The notes beneath the pieces are model-generated. The model was given only the letters and a program-made list of their open reading frames with translations, made no database searches and was not told the origin of the DNA. 64,000 nucleotides of DNA from Octopus vulgaris (lineage: Eukaryota), in NCBI GenBank assembly GCA_951406725.2, contig OX597814.1:220348001-220412000 (forward strand), written 5' to 3'. Every line of letters starts with the position of its first letter. Positions within the stretch are counted from its first letter, which is position 1. The position numbers and the translations under genes were made by a program. Of this stretch, positions 11,527 through 25,329 are shown in pieces.

Positions 11527-12837
11527 TATAATGTTCAATTTCTTCTTTATAGCAAGAAACAAAAAACATACAAATCTTCATGAGATCGTAATTTGAATAC
11601 ATCTGGGTTCTGGGACAGATACATCTTTGTATGTCATAAAAGGCAATTAAAGAAGTTTGTGGCAGAATGGATGTAAATCAATGCATCAGAAGGAAAAGTT
11701 AAACTGATGCCAGCACAGAAAAATAGATGTAAAATGCTGATGAGGCACCAATATTCATAAAATAATATAGCTATCTCGCCTATACATACCAACTTCCCGT
11801 TATCTAAATGTTTATATTAAATAAGGATTTCTCAAAAGTACGAAGCTCTAGAAGCTATCTGTTGATTGTGGAAAAATTTGTATGTATTGGGAAATGGAAA
11901 ATCATGACAATCACAATTTTTCTGTCTCTTAACACATTTAGACTCTCAGATAAAGAGAAATGAAATGACTTCATTTTAAATTACTTTGGAAATGAAAGCT
12001 AGATTGTAAGTAAATTTTACTCACTTATGTCTGTCATGTGTTCATTAAATAATGATTTCTTTTACTTGGGCCATTGGTCCTTTTAGAAAGAGTGGCTAGA
12101 GTTGAAAGACTTTACTTAAATTTATTGATACTTTTAATTTTATCAACCATGGAGAGATGAAAAGAAGTTTGTCTTGATAAAATTTCAACTTGAAACACTG
12201 TGTAACTGAATTATATAGCATGAAGCGTCTTTACCAGTCTTCTATAACTTGCTTTTTATATGTAATTTTGCCCACTCCAACAACATGTACACACATACAT
12301 GCATATACACACTCGCGTATAGAGAGGTTTACATACATGCAAATGTGTGAGTGTGTCTGTGAGTGTATTGTATAAATAGACATCTTTATACAGCAAAGCA
12401 TGACAAACAATAAAAGAATTCTAACATTTGGTGAAGTGCTAGATTACTGAGCCAAAGGATGTTGAGTTCAAACCTAATCAAAGACATTGAGTCAATCTAG
12501 CAGACAACAGCATGGTCAATCTTTACACAGTTGTATGGATTAGCTCTAGAAAATTATTTAACACCCAAATCAACTCTAACGAAGCAGACTTGTCGTCAGT
12601 GGTGTTCCAGATGTGACCACCCTGTTTGTTTATTTATGTCCACATTGTCCAATGTGTCCTTTTCTTTTTCATGACAACAAACAATAAGATGTGATTTGAA
12701 GGATATTTTACTGTAATTCTAACAGGACAAGCAAGAATGTAGCAACTTTTCCATTGACTTTAGAAAATATTATCCATTTGTAAACCATCTACAAAAAATG
12801 ATTTCAGTCAATGTTCAGATTTGCAAACCTTTCACAC

Positions 12838-13221
12838 CAGGGTAGGCAGCGCTTACCCTGAATAAAATAGATTGATAGCAACATTTTCCTTTTAAGGCAA
12901 AATATGCACCTAAGTCAATAAAATCATGAAGGTTACTCTGATTACTATGCATAAAATGCAAAATATTTTATTTTTTTGTAGATTAGGTAGACATAATTCA
13001 CCCCTGCTTTTCAATCTAAATATTTATGCTACACATAGAACTGCTGTAGTACATATGCTGCGTACACTCCTACAACACCATTTTCTTTACGTGCTATAAA
13101 GGCAGAAGTAAATCTGCCTTCAACTCAGTCGAGCACCTGTGTTTTGCTTAGTTTTTGTGTGTTTTACTATATAAAGGTCATCTACTGCCTACCCTGAGTA
13201 ATTACTGATGGCACGTGCTTG
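12838..13221. mobile_element. Possible old DNA-transposon MITE remnant
   Basis: Perfect 12-bp inverted repeat CAGGGTAGGCAG (12838-12849) / CTGCCTACCCTG (13185-13196). Confidence 0.35.
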
Positions 13222-14949
13222 AATCACACCCATACTATTATATATAGATAAAATTAAAACCATTTCTAGAAGGTAAAAAAAAATTAATATTTTCCATTAA
13301 CAAATATATGAGCTTTATCTTCAGGATCTGATACAGAGCAAGGGAAAATAATTAAAAGGGATCATGTCACCTAGTATAAGTTATATAATAATTGATAAGT
13401 CTTAAAATCCTCAAGTTTTTCTATCCCTTTATACCATGTCAGATTAGACAACTTCTACTTAGATTCAGCCTACAGTATATACTGTGTGCTGGCAGTATGA
13501 AAGTATTACCAACAAAGTATTTGTGATTGGCATATAGGTGTTCTTGGAATATTCTTTCAAATTCCAACAATGGAACTTGAAGAGAGAAGAGAAAAGACAG
13601 ATTGAAGAGCTAGGAAACAGGGTGTGTGTGTGTGTGTGTGTGTACATGTGAGAGAGAGAGAGAGAGAGAGAATAAGGGAGACAAATGCAGACTGGTTCTG
13701 TTTTTGTATTAACAACATTATCTAATGTTTGCAAGCATGCTGGATAGACATTAAATAAAACTGAAAATGAAAGATATTTGCAATGGGAATGAACCAAAGA
13801 ATAGAATATTTCTTACATCAGCCCTAATGTCTGATGGGAGAATTTTGAGCCGTCTAGATGTGGGTATCTCAAGATTCAGATGCATCTAATCACACATGTG
13901 CTACAAAGAAATGCAAATGAAATGTAGGAAATGATTATGATGATTCTTAGACTGAAGCATTAGTTTTCCTTGTCATGATCATGCCATTAAATGAATTTTA
14001 TATTAAACTGTTGACGAGGAAAGAAGATTTCACTGAAAGAAGATTGTCTGTGTTATAAAGAAAAAGAAAAATACTTTTGAATTTAAAAAGCTATGTAAAG
14101 TTCTATAGAAATGCTGTATTTAAAGAAAAGAAAATTTAAAACTAATGATATCTTAATTTCAATAGATAAACTAAATAATGGGAACATCATGTATAAAACA
14201 ATCAACAAGTGCTTAAGTAATGAGGTTTTCTGTTGTTTTATTGAGAGAATTAAGTACAATTTTGGAATTAAATTTGCATCAGAGTTTAGTGTGTGTGTGC
14301 ATCCAACACACACATATATATATTTACACATATATGCACAGTTTTTCTACATATATTTCATATATATATACATACACACATACACAGAATTGTATATACC
14401 TATGTTATATACAGACATGTACACACATGTTACATGCAATTCTGCATGTCTGTACATATACACAGACACATGCTATATGCAGTTGTACACGAGTGCATTT
14501 ATGTACACACACATCATTTTAATGTCTACTTTTCCATGTTCCATGGACAGAGTTTATCGAGCCAGATTTGCTACAGTTGGATGCCCTTCTTGCTATCAAC
14601 TCTCGCCTGTTTCCAAGCAAGGTAATATTTCTTCATGACCCAACATGTTTCATAGAATGTTGGAAAGGAACGACACAGGTTGCATGACAGTGACACTCGC
14701 AACTAACATGTGATGTCAAGACAAGGACACTCAAACATGCACAGACACACACATTTTATACGGAAAGAGACAATCATAGTGGTAATGGGACCGGAGAACA
14801 TGAAGCACGGATATGTAGAAGTTGTAAGAGTTTATAGAGAGTGTAAGGTCATTAGAAACAGGGAATGGGTGAGAGGGTGAATACGATGAAGAATGAGAGA
14901 TGGCAGATGTAGTGAATGAGGAGGAGAAACATATGGTGGTGGAAGAGGA

Positions 14950-15400
14950 TCATCATCATCATCGTTTAACGTCCGTTCTCCATGCTAGCATGGGTTGGAT
15001 TGTTCGACCAGGGTCTGGGAAGCCAGGAGGCTGCACCAGGCTCCAGTCTGATCTGGCAGTGTTTCTACAGCTGGATGCCCTTTCTAACACCAACCACTCT
15101 GTGAGTGTAGTGGGTGCTTTTTACGTGCCACCGGCACAGGTGCCAGGCGAGGCTGGCAACGGTCACGATCGGTTGGTGTTTTTACGTGCGACCAGCACGG
15201 AAGCCAGTCAAGGTAGCGCTGGCATCGGCCACATTCGGATGGTGCTTTTTACGTGCCACCAGGACAGGTGCCAGGCGAGGCTGGCAACGGTCACAATCGG
15301 TTGTTGCTTTTTACGTGCCACCAGCATGGAAGCCAGTCAAGGCGGCGCTGGCATCGGCCACGTTTGGATGGTGCTTTTTACGTGCCACCGGCACAGGTAT
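14950..15400 (-). mobile_element. Family B SINE with alternating internal repeat units
   Basis: (CAT)n start on +, then several TTTTACGTGCCACC-anchored ~65-bp units. Confidence 0.85.
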
Positions 15401-16239
15401 CAGAACTACAATTTCCATTTGAGTTTTTGATAATGTTGATGTCAATGTAAAACGCTGGTGAAGGAGAATGAAAGATGGAAATGGTTCTTGGACATAAAGA
15501 AGGATAAATGAAGCTTGTGAAGTATGCAGTGCACACATTTAACAACAGCAACAGAACCTCAGGACCTCGACTCTCTCAGAGGAAATGACAAATGACTGGG
15601 ATGACTGGCTATATTGCTAATCATCCCAGTTATGTGTGCATATATGTGTGTGTGTGCACAGATCAGAAGGTTAATTTCTCTAATAAAGATTATGGCTATT
15701 AGCAGACAAGTCTGCAATATATCTATCTATATATATATATATTTAAGTACAAATCAGAAGGTTAATTTTTCAACTGAAGATTATGGCTATTAGCAAATAA
15801 GTCTGTGACAAAATGATGATAAAATAACTGATAAAAATTACTCTGATGTTTATGAACTTTTGAACATAGCACTTAGCCATTTCAAGAACATTAGCACTTG
15901 ACAACTCTTGCAGTTTTGTTTACCATTTTTACTTAGCTATGAAATATCTTGGTAGAAATTTGCTCTTTCATATCTCTAATGCATTTTGTATTTCTTTTTT
16001 TCTAAGTCTGAACTACATAATTCTTAATTGTTGCTTAGTGCAAAGGTTTACTATTAAAGATGATATGCACAAACCTATGATTAAAGATGTTTCAGTCTTG
16101 ACCAGCTCAGCGTTTTTGTTTGTCCAGGACTCTGTTATATACCAAGTTCCCTTACACTTTTTTGAGTCAGTAAGATGCGATTTGAGCGAGATTTGGCTGC
16201 TTTTTCTGGGATACTGAGCAACCATGTAAATTAATGGTA

Positions 16240-16566
16240 TTGCACATTATTTACATTTGATGGATATTTGTCCTCATCTTGTTTGTTGTTAACACAACGT
16301 TTCGGCTGGTGTACCCTGCATTCAGCAGGTGTTTTGGGCAAATTTTGAACCTGGGTTCTAATTTCCTAAGGTATTTTTCGATGTTATTGTTATTATTATT
16401 ATTATTCAGGTTACTGCCTGATATTGAACTCAGAATCTTGGGATTAGTAGCCTGCACTCTTAACCACTACACCCGTGGGCATATGGCTTAGTGGTTAAGA
16501 GTGCAGGCTACTAACCCTAAGATTCCAAATTCGATTCCAGGCAGTGACCAGAATAATAATGATAAA

Positions 16567-16609
<43 letters not shown>

Positions 16610-16780
16610 TTGAAAAATAATCTCAGAATGAGAACCCAGGTTCGAAATTTCCCCAAGACACCTGATGAAGGCTGGAGAGTATATCAGCCAAAATAGTGTG
16701 TTAACAACAAAGATGAGGACAAATATCCGTCTAATGTAAATAATGTACATAATTCCTCATCTCTTAAATATAGAACTGTA
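16240..16780. mobile_element. Second copy of the palindromic tRNA-head/hammerhead element, two head-to-head monomers
   Basis: Inverted tRNA-like heads meet near 16475. Hammerhead remnants at 16291-16334 (-) and 16657-16702 (+). Candidate 7-bp TSD AATGGTA at 16233-16239 and 16781-16787. Confidence 0.75.
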
Positions 16781-18213
16781 AATGGTACCGGATTCTGACA
16801 GATGAACTGAGACATGAATATACTTTCCGTTCATTGTTTATACTTCAAAATCACAATATTAGGCCATTATATTGAGAGATGTGGATTTGAGTTAGATGTT
16901 CCTCAATCTTGAGATGCCCTCAACTGGGTGACACACACACATACATTGGGCTAACCATATGTTTCTGCATAACACTGGGGTCAATGCAATTGGCTAACCC
17001 AGTCCTCTCAAAATTGATAGCCTTGGGTCTAAATTAGAATTAATTGTTATTGAAAACTATGAATGTCAAAAATAGTATTTGGATGATTAACGGCATTGCC
17101 AATTTTAGCTACATCTTGAAATATACACCATGGTTTCAAATCCTGACAGGGTTGGCATAACCTCACATTTTCTGGTAGTATATAACACCACTAGAAGGAT
17201 GTAAGGAATGGTAGATATAATTAACACCAGTCATGTACTTGGTTGATTCACTTATCTATACATAGCTCTTTCTTATAATTCATGGTCTGCTGTCAATGTT
17301 AGAAATCATGGTTATTAAGGTAGCAGATTGGTAGGACTGGTAGAGCATTGGATAAAATACTTGATAAAATACTTTGTGTATTTCTTCTAAATCTTCATGT
17401 TTTGAGTTAAATGCAACTGAGGCCAACTTTGCCTTTGATCCCTCCAGAGTTGATAAAATAAAGTACGGGTGAGTTAAGTACTAGCTCCATTCCTTAAAAT
17501 TGCTGGCCTTGTGCCTAAGTTAGAAACAATGATTTAAGATGGTGAGCAGGTAGAATCATTACTGAGTTGGAAAAAATGCTTTGCAATATTTGTTCTGATT
17601 CTTGAAGTTCTGAGTTCAGATTCTGCCAAGTTCAACTTTGCCTTTCATCCTTTTGGGACTAATAAAATAAAGTACCACTCAAATACTAGGGTTGATGGTT
17701 CATGCTAATACTCTCCCATCAAAATTATTGGCCTTGTACCTAAACCAGATATCATCATTATTATTTTTTCCTATCTCAAGAAACTGTCTTACCTCTATAT
17801 AACTTTTGTCTGGTGAAATACAAAAAAAAAATATACATACACATATACACATGCATGCACACGCACACACAAAATCACATTCAACGTGTCTAAAGTTCCT
17901 TCATGTGGTGGAGACTGGCATGGAGAATAAAGTATTTTGGGAGCTTAATTTGTCTGATCAGGGTAGTAATAATAGGAAATGGTGCAAAGGATGTATGGGC
18001 ATTATTCTGTGCAAACATCAATGAAAATACATTTGTACATTTCATGAGCACACAATGTGGGAGCCTCAAGTGTGTGTGTGTGTGTGTCTGATTGTCTACA
18101 AGTGAAAGTAAGCTATTTTGAGAGTTGGGTGGGGGGACATCCATATAAACATTAATTGTTCTGTATATTTTGTGTATGTATAGTCATCCTTAAAACCATA
18201 CACTAAAACTTAC

Positions 18214-18559
18214 AGATAATCTGAATTTACTGTTATTATCATCATCGGAATAAAAGACCAAAATTATGACCTCGGAACTTAATTTTTTTCAGAATTGCTT
18301 TTTTGCCAATTTAAGAGTACTTTATCTTTCCTTTCATATTTTGTCTTCAATGATGTTATTTTCTTGAAGTTTTGTCCATTTTTTTGAATACTTTTTGTTT
18401 TTGATACAATCTTTCTAAAGTTGATGTTACTTAATTCTGGATGTTCCTGCTATCATTGATAAAAGAATTACCTGATAAGGGAAGGGTGCATTCTTAAATT
18501 TCTCTTTTGTTTTTATTTTGTTGGTATTTTCCAATGATCTCCTTTTCCTTAAAAATCCC
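18214..18559 (-). other. Candidate non-coding 5'UTR exon (alternative donor at 18472)
   Basis: Acceptor ttgctgttgttttag|G at 18559; donors cag|gtaatt (18472) and tct|gtaagt (18214); not obviously repetitive; only short uORFs. Confidence 0.25.
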
Positions 18560-19429
18560 CTAAAACAACAGCAATAAATTATACAAATTTTTTATCTTCT
18601 AGTATTTTCTTTAAAAAAAACCCCCCAGAAACTATTGTTAGAGAATAAGAGAAAGTTTGTTTTGATAATGGGTGATGTTGCAGCCATACAATATAATTCT
18701 TAAAACTGATTAAGCACAAAGTGGTGGATGGACAGTGAGAACTTAAGAAGTTATATTTGCCAGATTCCCAGTTCGTTTACATATTACACCAAATCAAAAA
18801 ATAAACCCAAATACTAAGCAAACAAATATGAACCATCCCACTTCCATTGCACATGCATATGCACACAAACACATGCATGCACCCCCCCCCCTTTTACATA
18901 CACACAGAGTTGAAATGCTGTTTGATTTATTTTCTCTTCAGCGTACAATTTTCATCATCCCACTACCAAGTATGACATCACTCCTTCCTTCCTTATTCAA
19001 CTATCACCTCTTCCTTTCTCATTCATAAACACAAGAGTATTATTATAGTAGATCATCTCTGTAACCATGGGAGCTAGGAAAAAATACAAAACCCAGCATC
19101 ACCACTGGATCATTTTACACATGTGTAATTTTTCAAACAATTCCAACCAGCCGTTTGACCGTGAATCCCAAGACAAGAAAGAAATGGCCATGTTCATTTA
19201 CCCACTCTCCTATTCTCTGTGTCGTTTCCCCTACGTATATAATGTATATAGTTAAATAACTGGATACATTAACAAAATAAAAAAAAAAATTAATTAAATA
19301 CAAAAAAATAACAAGTAGGTGTAAACGCAGGAAAAAAATAAAGCAAAACAAATTACATGAATGTGTATAAACAGGAGATAGAAATATTACAGGCACTCCC
19401 CCACCACTAACTAAACATAGGCACACATA

Positions 19430-19500
19430 GGGGTATACGCATGCGCAAATAAAGACACATACAATAGGAATACAAAATTCAAAATGGCTGACCGTAAGTA
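19430..19500. promoter_or_regulatory. Possible promoter motifs (NRF1/Ewg-like and YY1-like)
   Basis: TACGCATGCGCA near 19436-19447 and CAAAATGGCTG near 19480-19490 in a non-TE stretch; motif resemblance only. Confidence 0.2.
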
Positions 19501-19699
19501 AGGAGAGACACACAAATAAAAAAGAAGAAAAGCAAAGGACCACTGATGAGGTCACAGAAGTGTGACAAAAGAACTCTGGCCGAAATAAGATTAAGATTAA
19601 TGTAAAAAATAAATAAAGCTGAAGCAAATTAACACCAAATATATAGTGCATGTGTTTTTATTAGATAAAATAGCAACATGACCATTCCTAAATACAACA

Positions 19700-19735
19700 A
19701 CACATATATATATACAAATACATATATATATACAA

Positions 19736-19774
<39 letters not shown>

Positions 19775-20102
19775 CAAATACATATATATATATACATACA
19801 AATACATATATATATACATACAAATACATATATGTATATACATACAAATACATATATGTATATACATATAAATACATATATTTATGTATATATATACAAA
19901 TACATATATATATGTATATATATATATATGCAAATACATATATATATGCAAATATATATATATATACAAATACATACATATATATACATACATAGATAAA
20001 TACATATATATACAAATACATACATACATATATATATACACACAAATATATACATACATATATATATACACACACAAATACATACATATATATATATATA
20101 TT

Positions 20103-20138
<36 letters not shown>

Positions 20139-20145
20139 AAGAGAT
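19700..20145. repeat. Compound (TA)/(TACA)/(GA) microsatellite
   Basis: Directly visible. Confidence 0.95.
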
Positions 20146-20886
20146 ACACATTCTAAATGTCTTTATAGGTGTTATGATTCATGGGCGTTCTTTCATAAAC
20201 ATTTGCATTAAATGCAAAATTAACAACAATTTTATTTTATGAGAAAAAATGTAGCACCAATAAAAGTCAATAAAAGTACATTTATACCTTTTTTTTTATA
20301 GAAATTCTTCTTGAGTACCTGATTTAACAGGAATTTTAAAAAATATTTATTGCTTTTTTTGGTAGTTTATATGTGTTTGGAACCATATAGTATGGACTAC
20401 AACTATTGAAGTCTCAACTTTGGAAGTTTGAACAAATATGTGAATTGACCCCACACATACACTCATGCATACATATATCAGTTTAGGAGGACTTACAAAT
20501 GTCATGACCACTAACTAAAATCCCAACTAAAATTAATAAATTAAGAAATAAGAAAAAGAAAGCATTTTGGTCAAGTCTGAGTGCTTTTGATCCTAATTCT
20601 ATTCAAACAAGGCTGACCTGAAGGAACTAAATAATAATAGCATAATATAAAGGTCACACAGTTAAGGGTCTTAAAACTAAAATTTAATGTCAAAATTTGT
20701 TATTTCATTTGAGAATATCATTTCATTTTTTTAAAGTCTGTCTATCTATACTGGCCTGGCATGGCTTGGATGAGATTTTCTATGGTTGGAAGGTTTGTTT
20801 TTCAATTTAAGGAAATATTCCATTTCACTGGAACTCACAAGTTAAAAGCAACTGAACAATATTAATTTAGTTTTCTTAGACAATTG

Positions 20887-21058
20887 AGGTGTAGGAGTGG
20901 CTGTGCGGTAAGTAGCTTGATTATGAACCATATGGTTCCAGGTTCAGTCCCACTGCGTGGCACCTTGGGCAAGTGTTTTCTACTATAGCCTCGGGCCGAC
21001 CAAAGCCTTGTGAGTGGATCTGGTAGACGGAAACTGAAAGAAGCCTGTCGTATATATG

Positions 21059-21115
<57 letters not shown>

Positions 21116-21307
21116 TTGTTCCCCCAACATCGCTTGACAACCAATGCTGGTGTGTTTACATCCCCGTCACTTAGGGGTTCGGCAAAAGAGAACTGATAGA
21201 ATAAGTACTAGGCTTACAAAGAATAAGTCCTGGGGTCAATTTGCTCGGCTAAAAGGCAGTGCTCCAGCATGACCACAGTCAAATGACTGAAACAACTAAA
21301 AGAGTAA
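20887..21307 (+). mobile_element. Family A SINE
   Basis: Colinear with 4948-5380. Confidence 0.9.
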
Positions 21308-21569
21308 ACGAATGCCACCAATCTGCTGAGATGGTATTAATGAAGACATGTAGAATCAATATTCGTGAACATATATGCACACACACACACCCACACCCAC
21401 ACAAACACCCACATATAGAACTATACACTTGCACATACCACCCCTTCCTACTTCTCCCCCAACAACCTGACCGACTTCTAGTCTATTTCCTGTTCTCCAT
21501 GTGGTCAATTTCCTGCTCGCCATGCAGTATTTTCCAACTAACTGTTACCCATATACCAGCATCAAACCA

Positions 21570-22400
21570 GGAGGGCTTGCTTACTAGGCACATTGGATAT
21601 AGTGGGACCAGGCACTTGAGTACCCACTGTTCTTGAGGGAACTCTGGAGTAATGATCAGGGAAAATATTTCTTTCTCCTGTGTGCTATTACCAACCTCTT
21701 GACTCCAAATAACCTGTGGAGCAACTCTTCGTACCCTGAAACATATTCTGACCTGATGCTCTAGGGCACTGGATGAAGGCCAATACAAATCAAGATATTC
21801 TTTTATTCTTCTACTTCTTTACTTGTTTCAGTCCTTTGACTGTGGCCATGCAAGAGCGCCACCTTTCCATCAACCAAATCCACTCACAAGGCTTTGGTCA
21901 GCCCAGGGCTACTTCTTCAAGGTGCCATGTAGTGGGACTGAACCTGAAACCATGTGGTTGGGAAGCAAGCTTCTTACCACACAGCCATGCTTGTGCCTGA
22001 TAAGGTCCTTACAGAAGTTGTTAAATGGTCAGACTTGGGGATACTTAAACTCAAAAAACAGTAGCCATCACCACCCAAATTATCAGATTAGTAAGGGAAA
22101 GTGACAAGATGGCTAAGGCAAAGGGAACTGTTAAGAGACTCATTTTCTATTTTGCTTCAAGCTTCAGATGGAGAAATGCCAGCAGACCTGCAGAGTAGTC
22201 TCGTCTTTCTGGAGGACATGACAGTAACATCACACCAACCAGACATGTCTCTGCAATTCAGAAATGCAAAAACAATCAATGTGGCTGAATTCACTGTAAC
22301 CTGAGAGAACAGACATAATATTTCTCACCAACTGAAGTTAACCAAATATCAAGACTTGATTGATGAGGCTGATGGCTATGTGAATCTAGAGGCCATTAGT
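21570..22400 (+). mobile_element. Fossil R2-group (Hero-like) non-LTR retrotransposon, zinc knuckle + restriction-like endonuclease
   Basis: WDQALEYPLFLRELWS..LLTPNNL; CGATLRTLKHILT*CSRALDEGQY; after a SINE insert (21805-21997) DKVL; ADLQSSLVFLEDMTVTSHQPDMSL..VAEFTVT*E..KLTKYQDL (cf. RPD..ELTVPWE..KKAKY). Confidence 0.75.
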
Positions 22401-23439
22401 TTGCATGACTACAAATATGTACGTGTGTATATCTGACTGTTGGTCAAATGTAACACATCTAGTTCTTTATGTCTGTGATAGCTAATTAAGGCAGTTGATG
22501 TTGTTGTACAGGTAGGAATAATATTCATTTTTATTGCTATTTTTTATGCATAAATATGCCTCCTAAAAGATAAGATAGTAATCCCAGCAGAGGCAATGTA
22601 GCAAAATCTAAACATGTCCAGGAAAAAAATTGAAGCATCACATCAATAAGAGCCTTGTGTGCGGGATATAGTACAAGTTCATGAACAGTATATGATGTTA
22701 AGAAATAGAAAAAATAACATTTTTTGCTGACACCAGAAGAAAGAAGGTTATCAGGAAAAAAAGGAAAAAAATCATAAAAAGATAATACCCAATTTTTATT
22801 TAGACTGCATATAGAAAGAAAAATATATTCTGGAAGTGGATTTGCAGTAAAAGTTAAGGTAAAAAAAGACAGCTTTTTTATTCATAACTTTTGGGTAATG
22901 TTTTATGATTATCAGTAGACCAATTCGTTTTCACATTTTCTACTAATCTACTTATTTTTGTATCACCGTACAAGACTACCACTTTGTAATAAAGAAGTCA
23001 GGTAAACATGAGTTAGGTTTATGCCTATGTAAGTTGCGTCAGCATCAATAATATAATGTAGACATTGTTTTACCATTTTTTTTTCTTTTACTTGAAGTTC
23101 AACTAGTTTGGAAAATCTGCTATTCTGATCCCTGTCTAGTCTCAAGTTTGCTGGATTAGTGAAGGTTCCATTACTGTGTGTATGTGTGTGTGTAAGTGTC
23201 TGCAAGCATGTATGTATGTATGTATGGAGAAAGAGAGAAAGAGAATTAGACTATTTAATACCCATTAATATAAGCAAATAGAAAATATAAATATACAATA
23301 AAGTAAAGTGATATGTTTTAAAAGTTAAAACTTCACAAATCATTACTCCAATTTTCTTGTTATCTCTGGACATGGACAATAATATGTGTGTGTGTGTGTG
23401 TATATAATATATATATATATATATGGGGGGGGGGGGTCT

Positions 23440-23678
23440 GGCACCAACCAATCATGGCCGATGCCAGACACCCCCCCCTGGCACCTGTGCAGGTGGCACG
23501 TAAAAAGCACCCACTACACTCGCGAAGTGGTTGGCGTTAGGAAGGGCATCCAGCTGTAGAAACACTGCCAGATCAGACTGGAGCCTGGTGCAGCCCTGGC
23601 TTCCCAGACTCCAGTCGAACCGTCCAACCCATGCTAGCGCAGAAAGCGAACGTTAAACGATGATGATGATGATGATGA
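23440..23678 (+). mobile_element. Family B SINE fragment
   Basis: Same body and (GAT)n tail as 6830-7099. Confidence 0.85.
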
Positions 23679-23788
23679 TATATATATATATTCTCTCTAG
23701 TTTCAGCTCAGAGCTGCGGCCATGCTGATGCACCGCGGTTAAAATATATACATATATGAGTGTGTGTGTGTGTATGTATAAAAAAAAG

Positions 23789-23823
<35 letters not shown>

Positions 23824-24512
23824 GCAGATATACATACATACACACACACATACTTAAGTATACAAATGAAAGAAAAGAGCACTCATCATGTGAGTCAAAT
23901 ACTTGTATAAATACTTGTATTTACAGCTTGATTCAGAATTGCATTATCTGAAGTTACACAGCTGCAGAAACTCCGTTGGTTAAATTCTAAGCCATTAGCT
24001 GTTAACTCTATTCCATAAATTTTACTCTGAATATTGCAATGGCCAGCCATATTCCTTAACAAGCAAACTGAAGAAAACTGTCATCTTACTGTCACCAACA
24101 GCACTTTTTGGCGGCTAACAGCAAGCCATTAGCTGTTAATACTATTCCATAAACTTAACAGAAATTTTCTAATTTTACAGGAATTCCTAACCAAAGCAAG
24201 CAAGATTGCTTCCGTTCATAATGCTAGATTTGACATCCATTCAGTTGCAGTCGGTAGCCACTAATATACTAATTTCACTGTGAGACCCAAGTCAGCCAAT
24301 GAGAATCAGCCTTATTTGAAAGTTGTGAATGCTTCACCACTCAGAATTAAGCATCCGAATGATGCTTTCTTTTTGTGCCTGTGAATTCTGAACCAAGCTA
24401 AAAGATAGGGGTTATGCGATTTGTTGGAACCAGGGTTCACTCAATGCTAAGGATTCTTGGGTTAGCTGTGAAGGAAACAAATGATGTCAGAAAATTGTCA
24501 GAAGCCAGTACA

Positions 24513-24919
24513 TTTACTCTTTTACTTGTTTCAGTCATTCGACTGCGGCCATGCTGGAGCACCGCCTTTAATCGAGCAACTCGACCCTGGGACTTATTAT
24601 TTTGTAAGCCCAGTACTTATTCTATCTCTTTTGGTGAAACGCTAAGTAACGGGGACATAAACACACCAGCATCAGTTGTCAAGCAATGCTAGGGGGACAA
24701 ACACAGACGCACAAACACACACACATGCATATATATATATATATATATATACATATATACGACGGGCTTCTTTCAGTTTCCGTCTACCAAATCCACTCAC
24801 AAGGCTTTGGTCGACCCGAGGCTATAGCAGAAGACACTTGCCCAAGATGCCACGCAGTGGGACTGAACCCAGAACCATGTGGTTGGTAAACAAGCTACTT
24901 ACCACACAGCCACTCCTGT
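24513..24919 (-). mobile_element. Family A SINE
   Basis: Colinear with 7789-8195. Confidence 0.9.
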
Positions 24920-25329
24920 GGTTCAAGAAAGAGGACGAGTGCTGCGGCAATAACAAGCTCTGAGGATGGTAGAAACATATAGCCCAAAGTTACAACAGCT
25001 GACTTGACAAAGTTTGTGCTGTTGTGTGGGAATTTTGTTTCCTATATTGACCCTGTGCAGTTCTGGTGTCAAGGTGGAAGGGGCCCAAAAACCTACAGAG
25101 CTGCTTCATTAGCTGATGAAACACTGATTTCTATATTTGGAGATAGAGTATATAAGCATTCTCAGCAACAGAAGTGTTTACCCTAAAATATAGACAAATG
25201 ATGGTATCAAAATGTTCAGAATCAGGTCTTTAAAAAAAATGCTACATAAGTAGTTCAGTAAAAAATCTATTTCACATATTATTTATATTTGGGTAGTATT
25301 CTCTTTAAGATAGTCCCCTTGGGAACATG

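Noticed and set aside
19133-19651. 172-aa hydrophobic ORF as a membrane protein
   Set aside because: T-rich low-complexity strand bias; no recognisable domain or splice support.
19597-20156. Tyr/Ile/Cys-rich ORFs (also near 14.1, 25.8, 41.5-42.3 and 59.6-60.4 kb)
   Set aside because: Stop-free translations of (TA)/(CA) microsatellites on both strands.
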